Made by a program: the position numbers and the translations under genes
The notes under the pieces: generated by a model
The model's database searches: none
What the model was told of the DNA's origin: nothing
Seen by the model: only the letters and a program-made list of their open reading frames with translations
Shown here: one piece after another, positions 18,618 to 29,577 of the stretch
How the letters are laid out: each line of letters begins with the position of its first letter
Numbering within the stretch: the stretch's first letter is position 1
NCBI GenBank assembly: GCA_041484665.1
Contig: JBGPIA010000024.1
Span: 1 to 51,853, forward strand
DNA length: 51,853 nt
Source of the DNA: Candidatus Krumholzibacteriia bacterium
Lineage (GTDB): Bacteria > Krumholzibacteriota > Krumholzibacteriia > JAJRXK01
Direction: 5' to 3'

Positions 18618-19478
18618 ATGCGCACGCATTGGACGCGGACGGTCCGGAGGATCCGAACGGTCCCGCGACCCGGGACGGAAGCGCTGAAGCCGGCCAAGGC
18701 GACGCAACCGACGGTACGAGCTGTACCTTGGGCGGCGCTCCTCCTCGCGCCGCCGCCCCCTTTCCTGCGGGCGTCGTCGCCCACTCCGCCGCGGTGCCTA
18801 GGAGCTGCGCGCAGGGTGCTGCTGTCCGCGGCGATGCTCTCGGGGCTTCCGCTCTGCGCTCTGCCGGCGCTGCGCCCGGCCCACGCGACCACGTACGACG
18901 TGACGATCGTTGACTTCCGTTACGTGCCAGCCGAGCTGACCGTCCAGGTCGGCGACCGGGTGATCTGGACTTCCGACTTCATCGGGCACACGGTCACCAG
19001 CGGCACGGGGGACACGGACCCGGCCGCGGGCGCCCTGTTCGACACCTCCATCGACTTCCTCTCCCCCACGACCAGTTATACGTTTGCGACTCCCGGCGAT
19101 GTCCCCTACTTCTGCCGCCCCCACGCGTACTGGGGAATGACCGGCGTCGTGCACGTGCAGGCGCCCGCCGGTCTCGACGCGCCCCCGTGGCCTCCCCCGC
19201 GGCTCTCCCCAGCGTATCCCAACCCGTTCAATCCCCAGACGGCCCTGAGTCTCAGCCTCCCCGCTGCGGCGCGTGTGCGTTTGAGCGTGCACGACGGCGC
19301 GGGACGGCTCGTCGCGCTGCTGGCGGATGCCACGCTGGAGGCGGGCGAGCACGTGCTCGTCTGGGATGGCAGCGATCAGCGGGGGCGTCCCGTGGCTTCC
19401 GGCGTCTACACTGCCCGACTGGTCGTGAATGGCTACTCGCAGTCTGGGGCCCTGCGGCACATGGTGCTGGTGCGCTAG
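18618..19478 (+). CDS. Second secreted cupredoxin plus FlgD-Ig protein (tandem paralog)
   Basis: GHTVT and [11 protein letters not shown] ligands; AYPNPFNP...GRLV...WDGSD...SGVY; start uncertain. Confidence 0.85.
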   Translation: MRTHWTRTVRRIRTVPRPGTEALKPAKATQPTVRAVPWAALLLAPPPPFLRASSPTPPRCLGAARRVLLSAAMLSGLPLCALPALRPAHATTYDVTIVDFRYVPAELTVQVGDRVIWTSDFIGHTVTSGTGDTDPAAGALFDTSIDFLSPTTSYTFATPGDVPYFCRPHAYWGMTGVVHVQAPAGLDAPPWPPPRLSPAYPNPFNPQTALSLSLPAAARVRLSVHDGAGRLVALLADATLEAGEHVLVWDGSDQRGRPVASGVYTARLVVNGYSQSGALRHMVLVR

Positions 19479-19479
19479 A

Positions 19480-19712
19480 CGGAGCAGCCGAGCGGGGCCG
19501 CCGGGCGGAGCCACCGAGCGAAGCAGCCACGCAGGGCCACCGAGCGAAGCAGCTACCCGGGGCCGCCGGGCGAAGCAGCCACGCAGGGCCGCCGGGCGGA
19601 GCCACCCACCGAAGCCACCGAGCGCATCCGCCGAGCAAATCCGACGGGAATCCACCCCGCCGCGCGGGGAACGGACGGCGCGACTCTACCGGCGACTCTA
19701 CCGGCGACTTTG
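19480..19712. repeat. Degenerate intergenic repeats upstream of fusA
   Basis: GCAGCCACGCAGGGCC(G/A)CC, GGAGCCACC and CGACTCTACCGG units. Confidence 0.75.
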
Positions 19713-19888
19713 CCGGCGCCCCTTGCCTTCTGACGTCGAGCGCTTTTATTATCGCGGTTTGCCCATGCGTGCCAGTGCGAACTGCTGGCGTAGGCGCCAC
19801 GGACGACGCGGGATGGCCCTGGCCGGCCCGCATCGGCCCCAGGAACGACTCAGAAAGACGACCGCCAGGACACCCATACGGGAGCAGG

Positions 19889-21994
<2,106 letters not shown>

Positions 21995-22165
21995 GCTGCG
22001 GCGTCAGCGCCGAGAGGGTCCGCCAGTTGCCAGTTGGACGGAGAAGCGCGCACCGGGAAGGACGGGGATGCACGCGGCGATAGGGGCCGGGGAGCGCGCG
22101 CCGAAATGACGGGAGAGACGCGCCAGGGCGTCGGGGCGAGGGGAATCAACGCGAGGAAGTCGCAC

Positions 22166-22873
22166 ATGTTCCGCAAGGAAACCAACGAGCGCAGCCCAGT
22201 TCGGGTCTTCGAGCGCAGCATCCATGGCGGCCTGGGGCGCGGCAACATCGGCGTGGTCTGCAGTCGCGCGGGCGTCGGCAAGACAGCCTTCCTCGTGGGC
22301 GTGGCCCTGGACGACCTGATGCGCGAGCGCAAGGTGCTCCACATCAACACTGTCGACCCAGTGGAGAAGGTGCGCGCATTCTACGATGAGGTATTCCAGG
22401 AGCTTGCCGAGTCCGAGAAGCTCAAGGACCGCCCGACCATCCATCTGGCCATGGAGCGCAACCGCATGATCCATACCTATCGCCACGGTGCGTTCTCCGT
22501 GGCGAAGGTGCACAGCGCGATCGAGTTCCTCCGCGAGCACATGTTCTTCCAGCCCGATGCCGTAATGATCGACGGATACCCGGACTGGGACACGGCGTCC
22601 GAGCAGCAGCTGCGCGAGCTCAAGGAGCTGGCGGCCCAGCTGCGCGCCGAGCTGTGGCTAACGGCCCTCACCCACCGCGACGACAAAGACCTCGACGAGC
22701 GCGGCGTCCCTCGCCGGATTTCCCGCTTCGAGGAGTACTTGACGGTAATCGTGCGGCTCACCTCGGTGGCCGACCACGTGAAGTTGCAGCTGGTCAAGGA
22801 CCACGACAACCCCGACGTGGCCGATCTGCACCTCGAGCTCGAGCCTACGACCCTGCTCCTTCGCTGGCGATAG
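22166..22873 (+). CDS. RecA/KaiC-like P-loop ATPase of unknown function
   Basis: GGLGRGNIGVVCSRAGVGKT Walker A; VMIDG Walker B-like; GAGG SD before ATG 22166. Confidence 0.82.
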   Translation: MFRKETNERSPVRVFERSIHGGLGRGNIGVVCSRAGVGKTAFLVGVALDDLMRERKVLHINTVDPVEKVRAFYDEVFQELAESEKLKDRPTIHLAMERNRMIHTYRHGAFSVAKVHSAIEFLREHMFFQPDAVMIDGYPDWDTASEQQLRELKELAAQLRAELWLTALTHRDDKDLDERGVPRRISRFEEYLTVIVRLTSVADHVKLQLVKDHDNPDVADLHLELEPTTLLLRWR

Positions 22874-22880
22874 TCGCCAC

Positions 22881-22985
22881 GCACGCAGCATGGCTGCATC
22901 ATGGCCGCAGCTTCGCGATTGCCGCGGCTTGGCTGCATCATGGCTGCAGCTCGGCCGTGTCACCGGTATGCCTGGGATGCGTGTA
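22881..22985. repeat. 11-nt degenerate array between convergent genes
   Basis: GGCTGCATCAT / GGCCGCAGCTT / TGCCGCGGCTT / GGCTGCATCAT / GGCTGCAGCTC. Confidence 0.8.
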
Positions 22986-22989
22986 ACCG

Positions 22990-24597
22990 CTAGGCCAGGG
23001 CGAAGGACTGCCCCAGCTGCGGGACGTCTGCCTTCACCCCCAACTCGTGTTGGATGCGCTGCGCGAGCGCAGCCGCAGCCGGCGGCTCGCCGTGCGTGAT
23101 GAACACCCGCTTCGGCAGACCCGCGCTCGAACGGATCCAGCGCAGCAACTCGTCCTGATCGGCGTGTCCGGAGAGCCCGTGCACCATGAGCACCCTCGCC
23201 CGCACGGGAACCTCCATGCCGTGCAAGCGCACCGTCTTCGCGCCGTGCTCCAACGCACGCCCGCGCGTGCCCTCCGCCTGGAAGCCCACCAGCACGATCA
23301 GGTTCTTCGGGTCGGGCATGCGTTGCGCTAGATGGTGCAGCACCCGGCCACCAGTGAGCATGCCGCTGGAGGAAATGATGACGCGCGGGCCACGCAGCGC
23401 ATTGAGGGCCTTCGACTGCTCGACCGTGCGGTGGAAGAACACCGAGCGCGGGAAGAGGCGGCTGCCGCTCCCACGCGCCCCCCGCGGGTCATCGCCCGGC
23501 TGGCCAGCTGACCCGTTGGGTGGCTGGTCACCCTTCCGACTCGCCGACCGGTCCCCTGTCCCGTCGCTCGGTCCGGCACCCGGTTCGGCGCCTTGCCGCC
23601 CGCCCGCCTCGCCATGCCCCTCGCGACGCTCCTCGCCACGCCTTTCGCGACGCCCCTCGCGATCCTCCTCGCGACGCTCCTCGCCGAGCCCCTCGTCGAG
23701 ATTGTGGTCGCGCAGGTGCCGGCTGTAGATCTCGGTGGCGTCGACAGCCATGGGGCTGTCGATATGGATGGGGACCTCGGGCAGCTGCCCCGCGCGCATC
23801 ATGTCGCGCAGGATCAACGTCACCTGCTGCGCGCGCCCGACAGCATAGGCGGGGATGAGCACCACTCCGCCCTGTTGGAACGTGTCGAGCATGGGCCCGC
23901 GGATCTGCGCGGCGAATGGCTCGCTCGGGTGCTTGCGATCGCCGTAGGTCGATTCGACGATCAGCACGTCGCAGGCCGGAGGAGCCGTCGGGTCGACGTG
24001 CAGAGGCATGTCGTAGCGGCCCACGTCGCCGCTGAAGAGGAGCGTCATGGCGGTGCCGTCGGCCTCGACTCTTACCTCGATGTGGGCCGAGCCAAGGATG
24101 TGGCCAGCGTTGAGATACCGCGCTCGGGCCTGGGGTGGGAGCGGGAGCCATTCTCCGTAGTCGATCGTGCGCAGGCGCCGCAGCGCTGCCTCCGCGTCGG
24201 CAGCGGTGTACAACGGCAGGGCGGGCCGGTGCCGGGTGAAGCCTTTCCTGTTGGCGAACTCCGCGTCCTCCTCCTGCAGCTTCGCGGAGTCCATCAGCAA
24301 AAGCCCGGCCAGCTCCGCGGTGGCGGGCGTGCAGTGGATTGGACCGCGATATCCCTCGCGCACCAGCTTCGGCAGGTAGCCTGCATGGTCGATGTGGGTA
24401 TGCGTCAGGAGCAGCTGGCCGACCGAGGCCGGGTCGAACGCGGGCGTCTTCCAGTTGAGCTCGCGCAGCTCCTTGAGCCCCTGGAACAGGCCGGCATCGA
24501 CCAGGATGCGCGCGCCCGGCAGGTCGAGCAGATGCCGCGAGCCGGTGACCGTCCCGGCACCGCCGTGGAACGAGAGGGTGAGCTGGGGTGGAGCCAT
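22990..24597 (-). CDS. MBL-fold beta-CASP nuclease (RNA-processing family) with a low-complexity insertion
   Basis: VTGS, THTHIDH, AGHILG, SGD, ESTYG, GRAQ, SSGM..GGR, SGHAD, THGE; insertion at about 23460-23690. Confidence 0.92.
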   Translation of the reverse strand: MAPPQLTLSFHGGAGTVTGSRHLLDLPGARILVDAGLFQGLKELRELNWKTPAFDPASVGQLLLTHTHIDHAGYLPKLVREGYRGPIHCTPATAELAGLLLMDSAKLQEEDAEFANRKGFTRHRPALPLYTAADAEAALRRLRTIDYGEWLPLPPQARARYLNAGHILGSAHIEVRVEADGTAMTLLFSGDVGRYDMPLHVDPTAPPACDVLIVESTYGDRKHPSEPFAAQIRGPMLDTFQQGGVVLIPAYAVGRAQQVTLILRDMMRAGQLPEVPIHIDSPMAVDATEIYSRHLRDHNLDEGLGEERREEDREGRRERRGEERREGHGEAGGRQGAEPGAGPSDGTGDRSASRKGDQPPNGSAGQPGDDPRGARGSGSRLFPRSVFFHRTVEQSKALNALRGPRVIISSSGMLTGGRVLHHLAQRMPDPKNLIVLVGFQAEGTRGRALEHGAKTVRLHGMEVPVRARVLMVHGLSGHADQDELLRWIRSSAGLPKRVFITHGEPPAAAALAQRIQHELGVKADVPQLGQSFALA

Positions 24598-24729
24598 GGT
24601 CGGTCGAGCATAATTCCCGCTGCGCGGGCGCGGCAAATCCATTACGCTCAATCGTGGCCCTGATGCATGCCCAGCGTGGCAAGGCTGCCTCGTGCCACAT
24701 GTTCCTGACCTCTAGGCACAGGCGGAGCC

Positions 24730-25665
24730 ATGCCGAACTCGAGCCCGAATACGAGCCCGGACGCGTCAACAGCTACGGTCTCTCCCCCAGTCTCTCCCGC
24801 CGGCTCCTACGATTTCGGGGGGAACTGGCGCTCGTACCTCGACCGCCATTTGACGCCGGAGCGTGTCGCGCAGGCGGAGAGCAGCCTGCGCGAATTCCTG
24901 CGGCTCCCCTCCCTGCACGGATTGTCGTTCCTCGACATCGGCTGCGGCAGCGGCTTGTTCTCGTACTGTGCCTATCGGCTCGGAGCAGCGCGGGTCCTCA
25001 GCTTCGATGTCAACCCGCGGTCAGTGGGATGCTGCCGGGAGCTATGGTTTCGCGCGGGAGCCCCCGAGCATTGGCAGGTGGTCGGTGGCTCAGCGCTTGA
25101 CACCTCGTTCATGGAGGGTCTGGGCGAGCACGATATCGTGTATTCGTGGGGGGTCTTGCATCACACCGGGCACATGTGGCGCGCCATCGAGCTGGCTGCG
25201 GCACGGGTGAAGCCCGGCGGCCTGCTCTACATCGCCATCTACAACCGGGCGGACGGGGTCGGAGTGTACGCCGACGGCCGGGTCGGCAGCTCCCGCTTCT
25301 GGGAGCGCGAAAAGCGGCTCTACAATCGTCTGCCGCGCGCGGGACAGGTCGTCCTGGAGTACGTCGCGGCCGCCGGGATGCTGCTCACCTACCTGCTGAC
25401 GCTGCGCAACCCCGCGCGGGAGATCAAGCGCCACGCCAGCCTGCGCGGGATGTCGTGGATGGTGGACCTGCGCGACTGGATCGGCGGCTACCCCTACTAG
25501 GCCGCCAGCGTCGAGGAAGTGTTCCACTTCGTGCGCGGACGCTGCGGCTTTGAGCTGGTCAACCTCACGTCGACCAACTCGCTGCGCAACAACGAGTACC
25601 TGTTCCGACGGCTGCTGAAGGCGCACCAGCCTGCTGCGGGGGCGGACACGGCATCCGCCTCGTGA
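24730..25665 (+). pseudogene. Class I SAM methyltransferase interrupted by an in-frame TAG at 25498-25500
   Basis: FGGNW, LDIGCGSG, YSWGVLHHTG, DWIGGYPY-TAG-AASVEEVFHF...NNEYLFRR; the frame continues to TGA 25663-25665. Confidence 0.7.
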
Positions 25666-25793
25666 GGCCGCTGCGCGCGCTGGCGGCAGGCAGTGTCGGA
25701 GCCTGGCTGGCGCGACCGGGCGCAGGCGGGGGCGATCGGGGGGCGCGGGCGCGGGCGATCGGGGGGCGCGGGCGCGGGGCTCGCCGGCCAGCC

Positions 25794-26975
25794 TCAGGGC
25801 ATCCGCACGGGCCGCGGCGAGAGCCCCAGCCGGGCGAGTGCCGTGATGAACTGCAGCCCGTTCATCTCCCAATACTTGAGCCGGTCGCTCTTGACCAGCA
25901 CCGCGGTCTCACCGTCGCTGCGCTCCCACTTCACGACGCGATGTGGCGTCGCTTGCTCGACGTAGATCGTCCAGGTGCGCCCGGCGTCGCGCGCGGCATC
26001 GCGCCCGCCGCCGGACGTGCCGCCGCTGGTCCCAGCGCTGGCAGCGCCCCTGGTTCCGCCGCTCGCACCACTGCTGGCTCCGTCGCTCGCACCGCCACCG
26101 GTTCCGCCGCTCGTCCCGTCGCTCCCGCCCCCGATCAAGGCTGTCAGGATCTCGCAGTCGAAGCGCCCAGCTGGCACGACGACGGACTCTGTTTGCGCTC
26201 CGCGCGAGAGCCGGGCCGTTTCCCAGTCGAGGGGCACGTGGTGCAGTCGGCTGATACGGGCGGCCCGCAGCAGCGGAACCGTCCGGCTTTCCCCCGTCTG
26301 CAGCGCCGGCCAGGCCAGCCCGCGCGCCCAGATCAGCAGCGCGTCCTCGGAGATGCCGTCCTGCGGGTAGGCCAGCGTGACCTGCTGGTCGGCTTCCCCG
26401 TCGAAGTAGCTGTGGACGGTGGCGCGCACCGCTGCCGGATCGAAGAGCGCCTGCTGGTAGACCTGCCCGCACCACTCCTGGCTGCTGAAGGAGACCTTGG
26501 TCGTTGCGCCGGCTGGCCGCCCGTTCACGGGCTCCAGCGCCACGAAGGCGCAGGTCATGAGGTTGTAGTCGTAGATACCGGTGGCGAAATCTTGGACGAG
26601 GTTGAGCTTGAGCACGGGGAACTCGTCCGACTTGGGATGCTTCCCAGGGTCGGCCTTCACGCGTGCGCTGTTGGAGAACGTCTCGGTCACGAAGATCGCG
26701 ACCGCCAGCCCTTGGCGCGGCTGCCCGTAGCGGGAGATCGTCAGATCGTAGGCGGCCAATTCGGCCTGCCCATCACCCCATAGTTTCCAGAAGGGATCGC
26801 CGTAGCTCATGGCGCCCGTCGCGCCGGCCGCCGTGGCGGATTGCGGCGCGGCGGGGTTGGCGGCAGCCATGCCCTGTCGGCTCGCAACGGTGGGCACGAT
26901 CATGGCGGCGACGATCAGCGCCGCGGTTGCCCCCAGAGGCGTGGTCGCAGCCGGAATCCATGGACGCTGAGACAT
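25794..26975 (-). CDS. Secreted hypothetical protein
   Basis: Signal-like N-terminus; globular region WGDGQAELAAYDL, IFVTETF, VLKLN, TGIYDY, QEWCG, SYFDGEAD; internal GGTS 12-nt repeats; AGGAG SD. Confidence 0.8.
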   Translation of the reverse strand: MSQRPWIPAATTPLGATAALIVAAMIVPTVASRQGMAAANPAAPQSATAAGATGAMSYGDPFWKLWGDGQAELAAYDLTISRYGQPRQGLAVAIFVTETFSNSARVKADPGKHPKSDEFPVLKLNLVQDFATGIYDYNLMTCAFVALEPVNGRPAGATTKVSFSSQEWCGQVYQQALFDPAAVRATVHSYFDGEADQQVTLAYPQDGISEDALLIWARGLAWPALQTGESRTVPLLRAARISRLHHVPLDWETARLSRGAQTESVVVPAGRFDCEILTALIGGGSDGTSGGTGGGASDGASSGASGGTRGAASAGTSGGTSGGGRDAARDAGRTWTIYVEQATPHRVVKWERSDGETAVLVKSDRLKYWEMNGLQFITALARLGLSPRPVRMP

Positions 26976-27082
26976 CGAGATCTCCTGCGGTTGTGGGCGG
27001 GGGCCGCGGCGTCGACTCCCGACGCTCTCCCCGGCATGCTCCGCGTGAACATACGCGAACATACGTCCGGGTGAGTCGCGCC

Positions 27083-27196
27083 CCGACAAGCCTGCTCCGA
27101 GGCCCCCCGACGAGCTTGCGGCAAGGCGTCCCGACGACCTTGCTCCAGGGCCGCCCAACGAGCTGGCTCCATTCCTGTCCAACGAGCTGGCTCCAA
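27083..27196. repeat. 24-nt degenerate array x5 in a divergent intergenic region
   Basis: CC(G/A)ACGAGCT(G/T)GCTCC-type cores spaced 24 nt apart. Confidence 0.8.
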
Positions 27197-27376
27197 GATG
27201 GCGCGAGTCGGCGCGAACGCAACTGACCCGTCCCAGCCGAAGCAGCGATTCGGGGAGGGCGGCAGCCCACGCTGCGCTGGTCCGGCGCATGCTTCGCGCC
27301 TATCTTGGACCGAGCGCCCGGGCCGCGGGCCAGCGCGCCGCTGTGGTTCATTTCGCGGGAGACGCCAGGAGACCCC

Positions 27377-28633
27377 ATGCGATCCCAAACCAACCAACGA
27401 GCCCACCCCTGGTCGTTGCACCTGGTGACCGTCGCCGACATTCCGGTGCGGGTGCACTTCACCTTCTGGCTGCTGCTGCTCTGGATCGCATTCGGCCAGG
27501 CTCGCACGCGCGGAGCGGCGCTCGGCGAGGTTGCGCTCGTCCTGAGCGTTTTCGCCTGCGTGGTGCTCCACGAATTGGGCCACGCGCTGGTGGCGCGCGG
27601 CTTCGGGATCCGCACGCGCGATATCACGCTCTATCCCATCGGCGGTGTGGCAAGCCTGGAGAGCATGGGCACGCCGCGCCAGGAGCTGTTCATCTCGCTG
27701 GCCGGCCCGGCAGTGAACGTGCTGATCGCCACTGTGCTCGGGCTCTGGCTGCAAGCAACCGGCCGCGGCCTGGGCGCCGAGACCGTCCTGACCGGCAAGC
27801 TGAGCTACGCCCAGACGCTGTTCCAGCTCAATATCTGGCTGGCCGGATTCAACCTGCTGCCCGCATTTCCCATGGACGGCGGCCGTGTGCTGCGCGCGGC
27901 GCTGGCGCTGCGCATCGGCAAGGAGCGCGCAACCGCTGTCGCCGCCGCCATCGGCCAGGGGCTCGCCGTGCTGATGGGTCTGGCGGGCCTGTTGCTGGGT
28001 CAGTTCCTACTCATGTTCGTGGCGCTGTTCGTGTTCCTGGGCGCGGGTGCCGAAGCGAGCGTGCAGCGTCGGATCGCCGTCACCAGCGGCTACCGCATCC
28101 GCGACGCCATGATCACTCGCTTCGACGTATTGCGGCACGGCGACACGCTGGAGTCCGCGGTGCGCCATCTGCTGGAGACGCACCAGCAGGACTTTCCAGT
28201 GGTGCACGGCGACACGGTGCTGGGCGTGCTCACGCGCCAGCAGCTGCTGGCAGCGTTGGCGGCGGAGGGCCAGGGTGCGCTGGTCTCCGGCGCGATGAAC
28301 CGCAACGTCCCACGTGTTCCGCCCGACATGGACCTCGTGCACGCATTCGGGCTGCTGCGCGCTACCGACGGCACGCCGCTCCTGGTCTTCGAGGGCGAGC
28401 TGCTGGTGGGGATGGTGACGCTGGAGAATCTCGTGGAGTTCATCTCGGTCGCGCGGGCCGGCGGAGTTCCCGAGCCCTCAGGCGGACCGGCGCCGACAGG
28501 CGGCTCCGGCGGCGGTAGCGGCCCTAGCAACTCCACCGGCTCCACCGGCTCCACCGGCTCGAACGGGCTCGCGGCGGGCGGCCCGGGCCGGGAGCGCCCC
28601 GTGTGGCCAGGTGGGGGGACCGGGCCGGGGTAA
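27377..28633 (+). CDS. Site-2 (M50) intramembrane protease with CBS domains
   Basis: HELGH, AGPAVN, FNLLPAFPMDGGR, two CBS repeats; AGGAG SD. Confidence 0.93.
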   Translation: MRSQTNQRAHPWSLHLVTVADIPVRVHFTFWLLLLWIAFGQARTRGAALGEVALVLSVFACVVLHELGHALVARGFGIRTRDITLYPIGGVASLESMGTPRQELFISLAGPAVNVLIATVLGLWLQATGRGLGAETVLTGKLSYAQTLFQLNIWLAGFNLLPAFPMDGGRVLRAALALRIGKERATAVAAAIGQGLAVLMGLAGLLLGQFLLMFVALFVFLGAGAEASVQRRIAVTSGYRIRDAMITRFDVLRHGDTLESAVRHLLETHQQDFPVVHGDTVLGVLTRQQLLAALAAEGQGALVSGAMNRNVPRVPPDMDLVHAFGLLRATDGTPLLVFEGELLVGMVTLENLVEFISVARAGGVPEPSGGPAPTGGSGGGSGPSNSTGSTGSTGSNGLAAGGPGRERPVWPGGGTGPG

Positions 28634-28658
28634 TCCGAGCAAGTGGCCGTCGGTGCAC

Positions 28659-28758
28659 CGGATCGTCCGCGCCGGGGATCGTCTGCGCAGGGGAAAGTCT
28701 CCGCACGCAGGGGATTGTGTGCGCAGCGGAACGTCTGTGCAGGGGATCGTCTGCGCAG
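28659..28758. repeat. 16-nt degenerate array x6
   Basis: GGGATCGTCTGCGCAG consensus. Confidence 0.85.
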
Positions 28759-28793
28759 CAGGAATCCGCGACAGTCGCTGAGCATCCACTCAC

Positions 28794-28829
28794 GACGAAG
28801 CCCCCCGGCGGTTGCCAGGGGGCTTCGTC
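28794..28829 (-). terminator. Strong hairpin just downstream of tRNA-Glu (terminator-like, possibly bidirectional)
   Basis: GACGAAGCCCCC...GGGGGCTTCGTC 12-bp stem; weak U tail. Confidence 0.6.
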
Positions 28830-28834
28830 ACGGT

Positions 28835-28910
28835 TGGTAGCCCCTAGGGGAATCGAACCCCTGTTTCATGGCTGAGAACCACGCGTCCTAGGCCACTAGA
28901 CGAAGGGGCC
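28835..28910 (-). tRNA. tRNA-Glu(CTC)
   Basis: GGCCCCTTCGTCTAGTGGCCTAGGACGCGTGGTTCTCAGCCATGAAACAGGGGTTCGATTCCCCTAGGGGCTACCA folds as a cloverleaf with encoded CCA. Confidence 0.96.
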
Positions 28911-29166
28911 ACGTCAAACGCTTGCCGCTGGATCGTCTCAACCGCCGACCCTCGACCTACGCCGTGCCGCGCGCGAGGCCGCGTTCGCCGTTGGCCTTGG
29001 CCGGGGCGGCGAGGCCGGCCGGGGCCCGCCGACCGGGGGCCGGTGGTGCGCCCGCGGGGGGGCGGAGACTGCCACAGACGGCCGCGCCAATCAAGAGGCC
29101 AGCGCGTATCCCGACACGGCTACGCACGGCATCGATGGACCAGAAACGGCCTCCATGGCCCAGAGC

Positions 29167-29240
29167 TGGTTGCCCGGGGAGGATTCGAACCCCCATCGAC
29201 TGATCCAGAGTCAGCTGTCCTGCCGTTGGACGACCGGGCA
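29167..29240 (-). tRNA. tRNA-Gln(CTG)
   Basis: TGCCCGGTCGTCCAACGGCAGGACAGCTGACTCTGGATCAGTCGATGGGGGTTCGAATCCTCCCCGGGCAACCA; U1-A72 pair typical of tRNA-Gln. Confidence 0.96.
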
Positions 29241-29251
29241 AGGGAGCCAAG

Positions 29252-29280
29252 TATTTACCTTACGGACGTGGGGTTGGCAA
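29252..29280 (-). promoter_or_regulatory. Putative sigma70 promoter for tRNA-Gln/tRNA-Glu
   Basis: Minus strand TTGCCA-N17-TAAATA; IHF-like CAAGTCTTTGATC at about 29325-29337. Confidence 0.55.
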
Positions 29281-29577
29281 GGCGCCGGCCGCCTGACAAG
29301 CCGCCGCCGTCCGCACCGAACCGTCAAGTCTTTGATCTTCTGCCACTTCTGCCCTGTCTGGGCTTGCTCGGCGGGCGAGACTTCCTGAGGCGGCCCTCCG
29401 CCAGCGCCTGGCCAGGGTCGCCCGCCGACCACGAGCGTCCTTGCGCGACCCGCGCGCGGCGGCGTTGCCCAGGCCTCGCCCGCCGACAGCGGGACGACCC
29501 TGCGCAGCGCGGCACCCTGCGCAGCCCGGCAGCCCGCGCAGCACGGCAAGCCCGCGTAGGCGTTGCCGGCGTAGCGC

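Noticed and set aside
19187..19888. N-terminal extension of the fusA ORF
   Set aside because: Runs through the upstream gene and repeats; EF-G homology starts at about 19889.
25498..25500. Genome-wide TAG reassignment
   Set aside because: sufD, the O-methyltransferase, fusA, the ATPase and the MBL gene all end at TAG at plausible C-termini.
28835..29240. Integrative element at the tRNA genes
   Set aside because: No integrase and no duplicated tRNA 3' end seen in the window.
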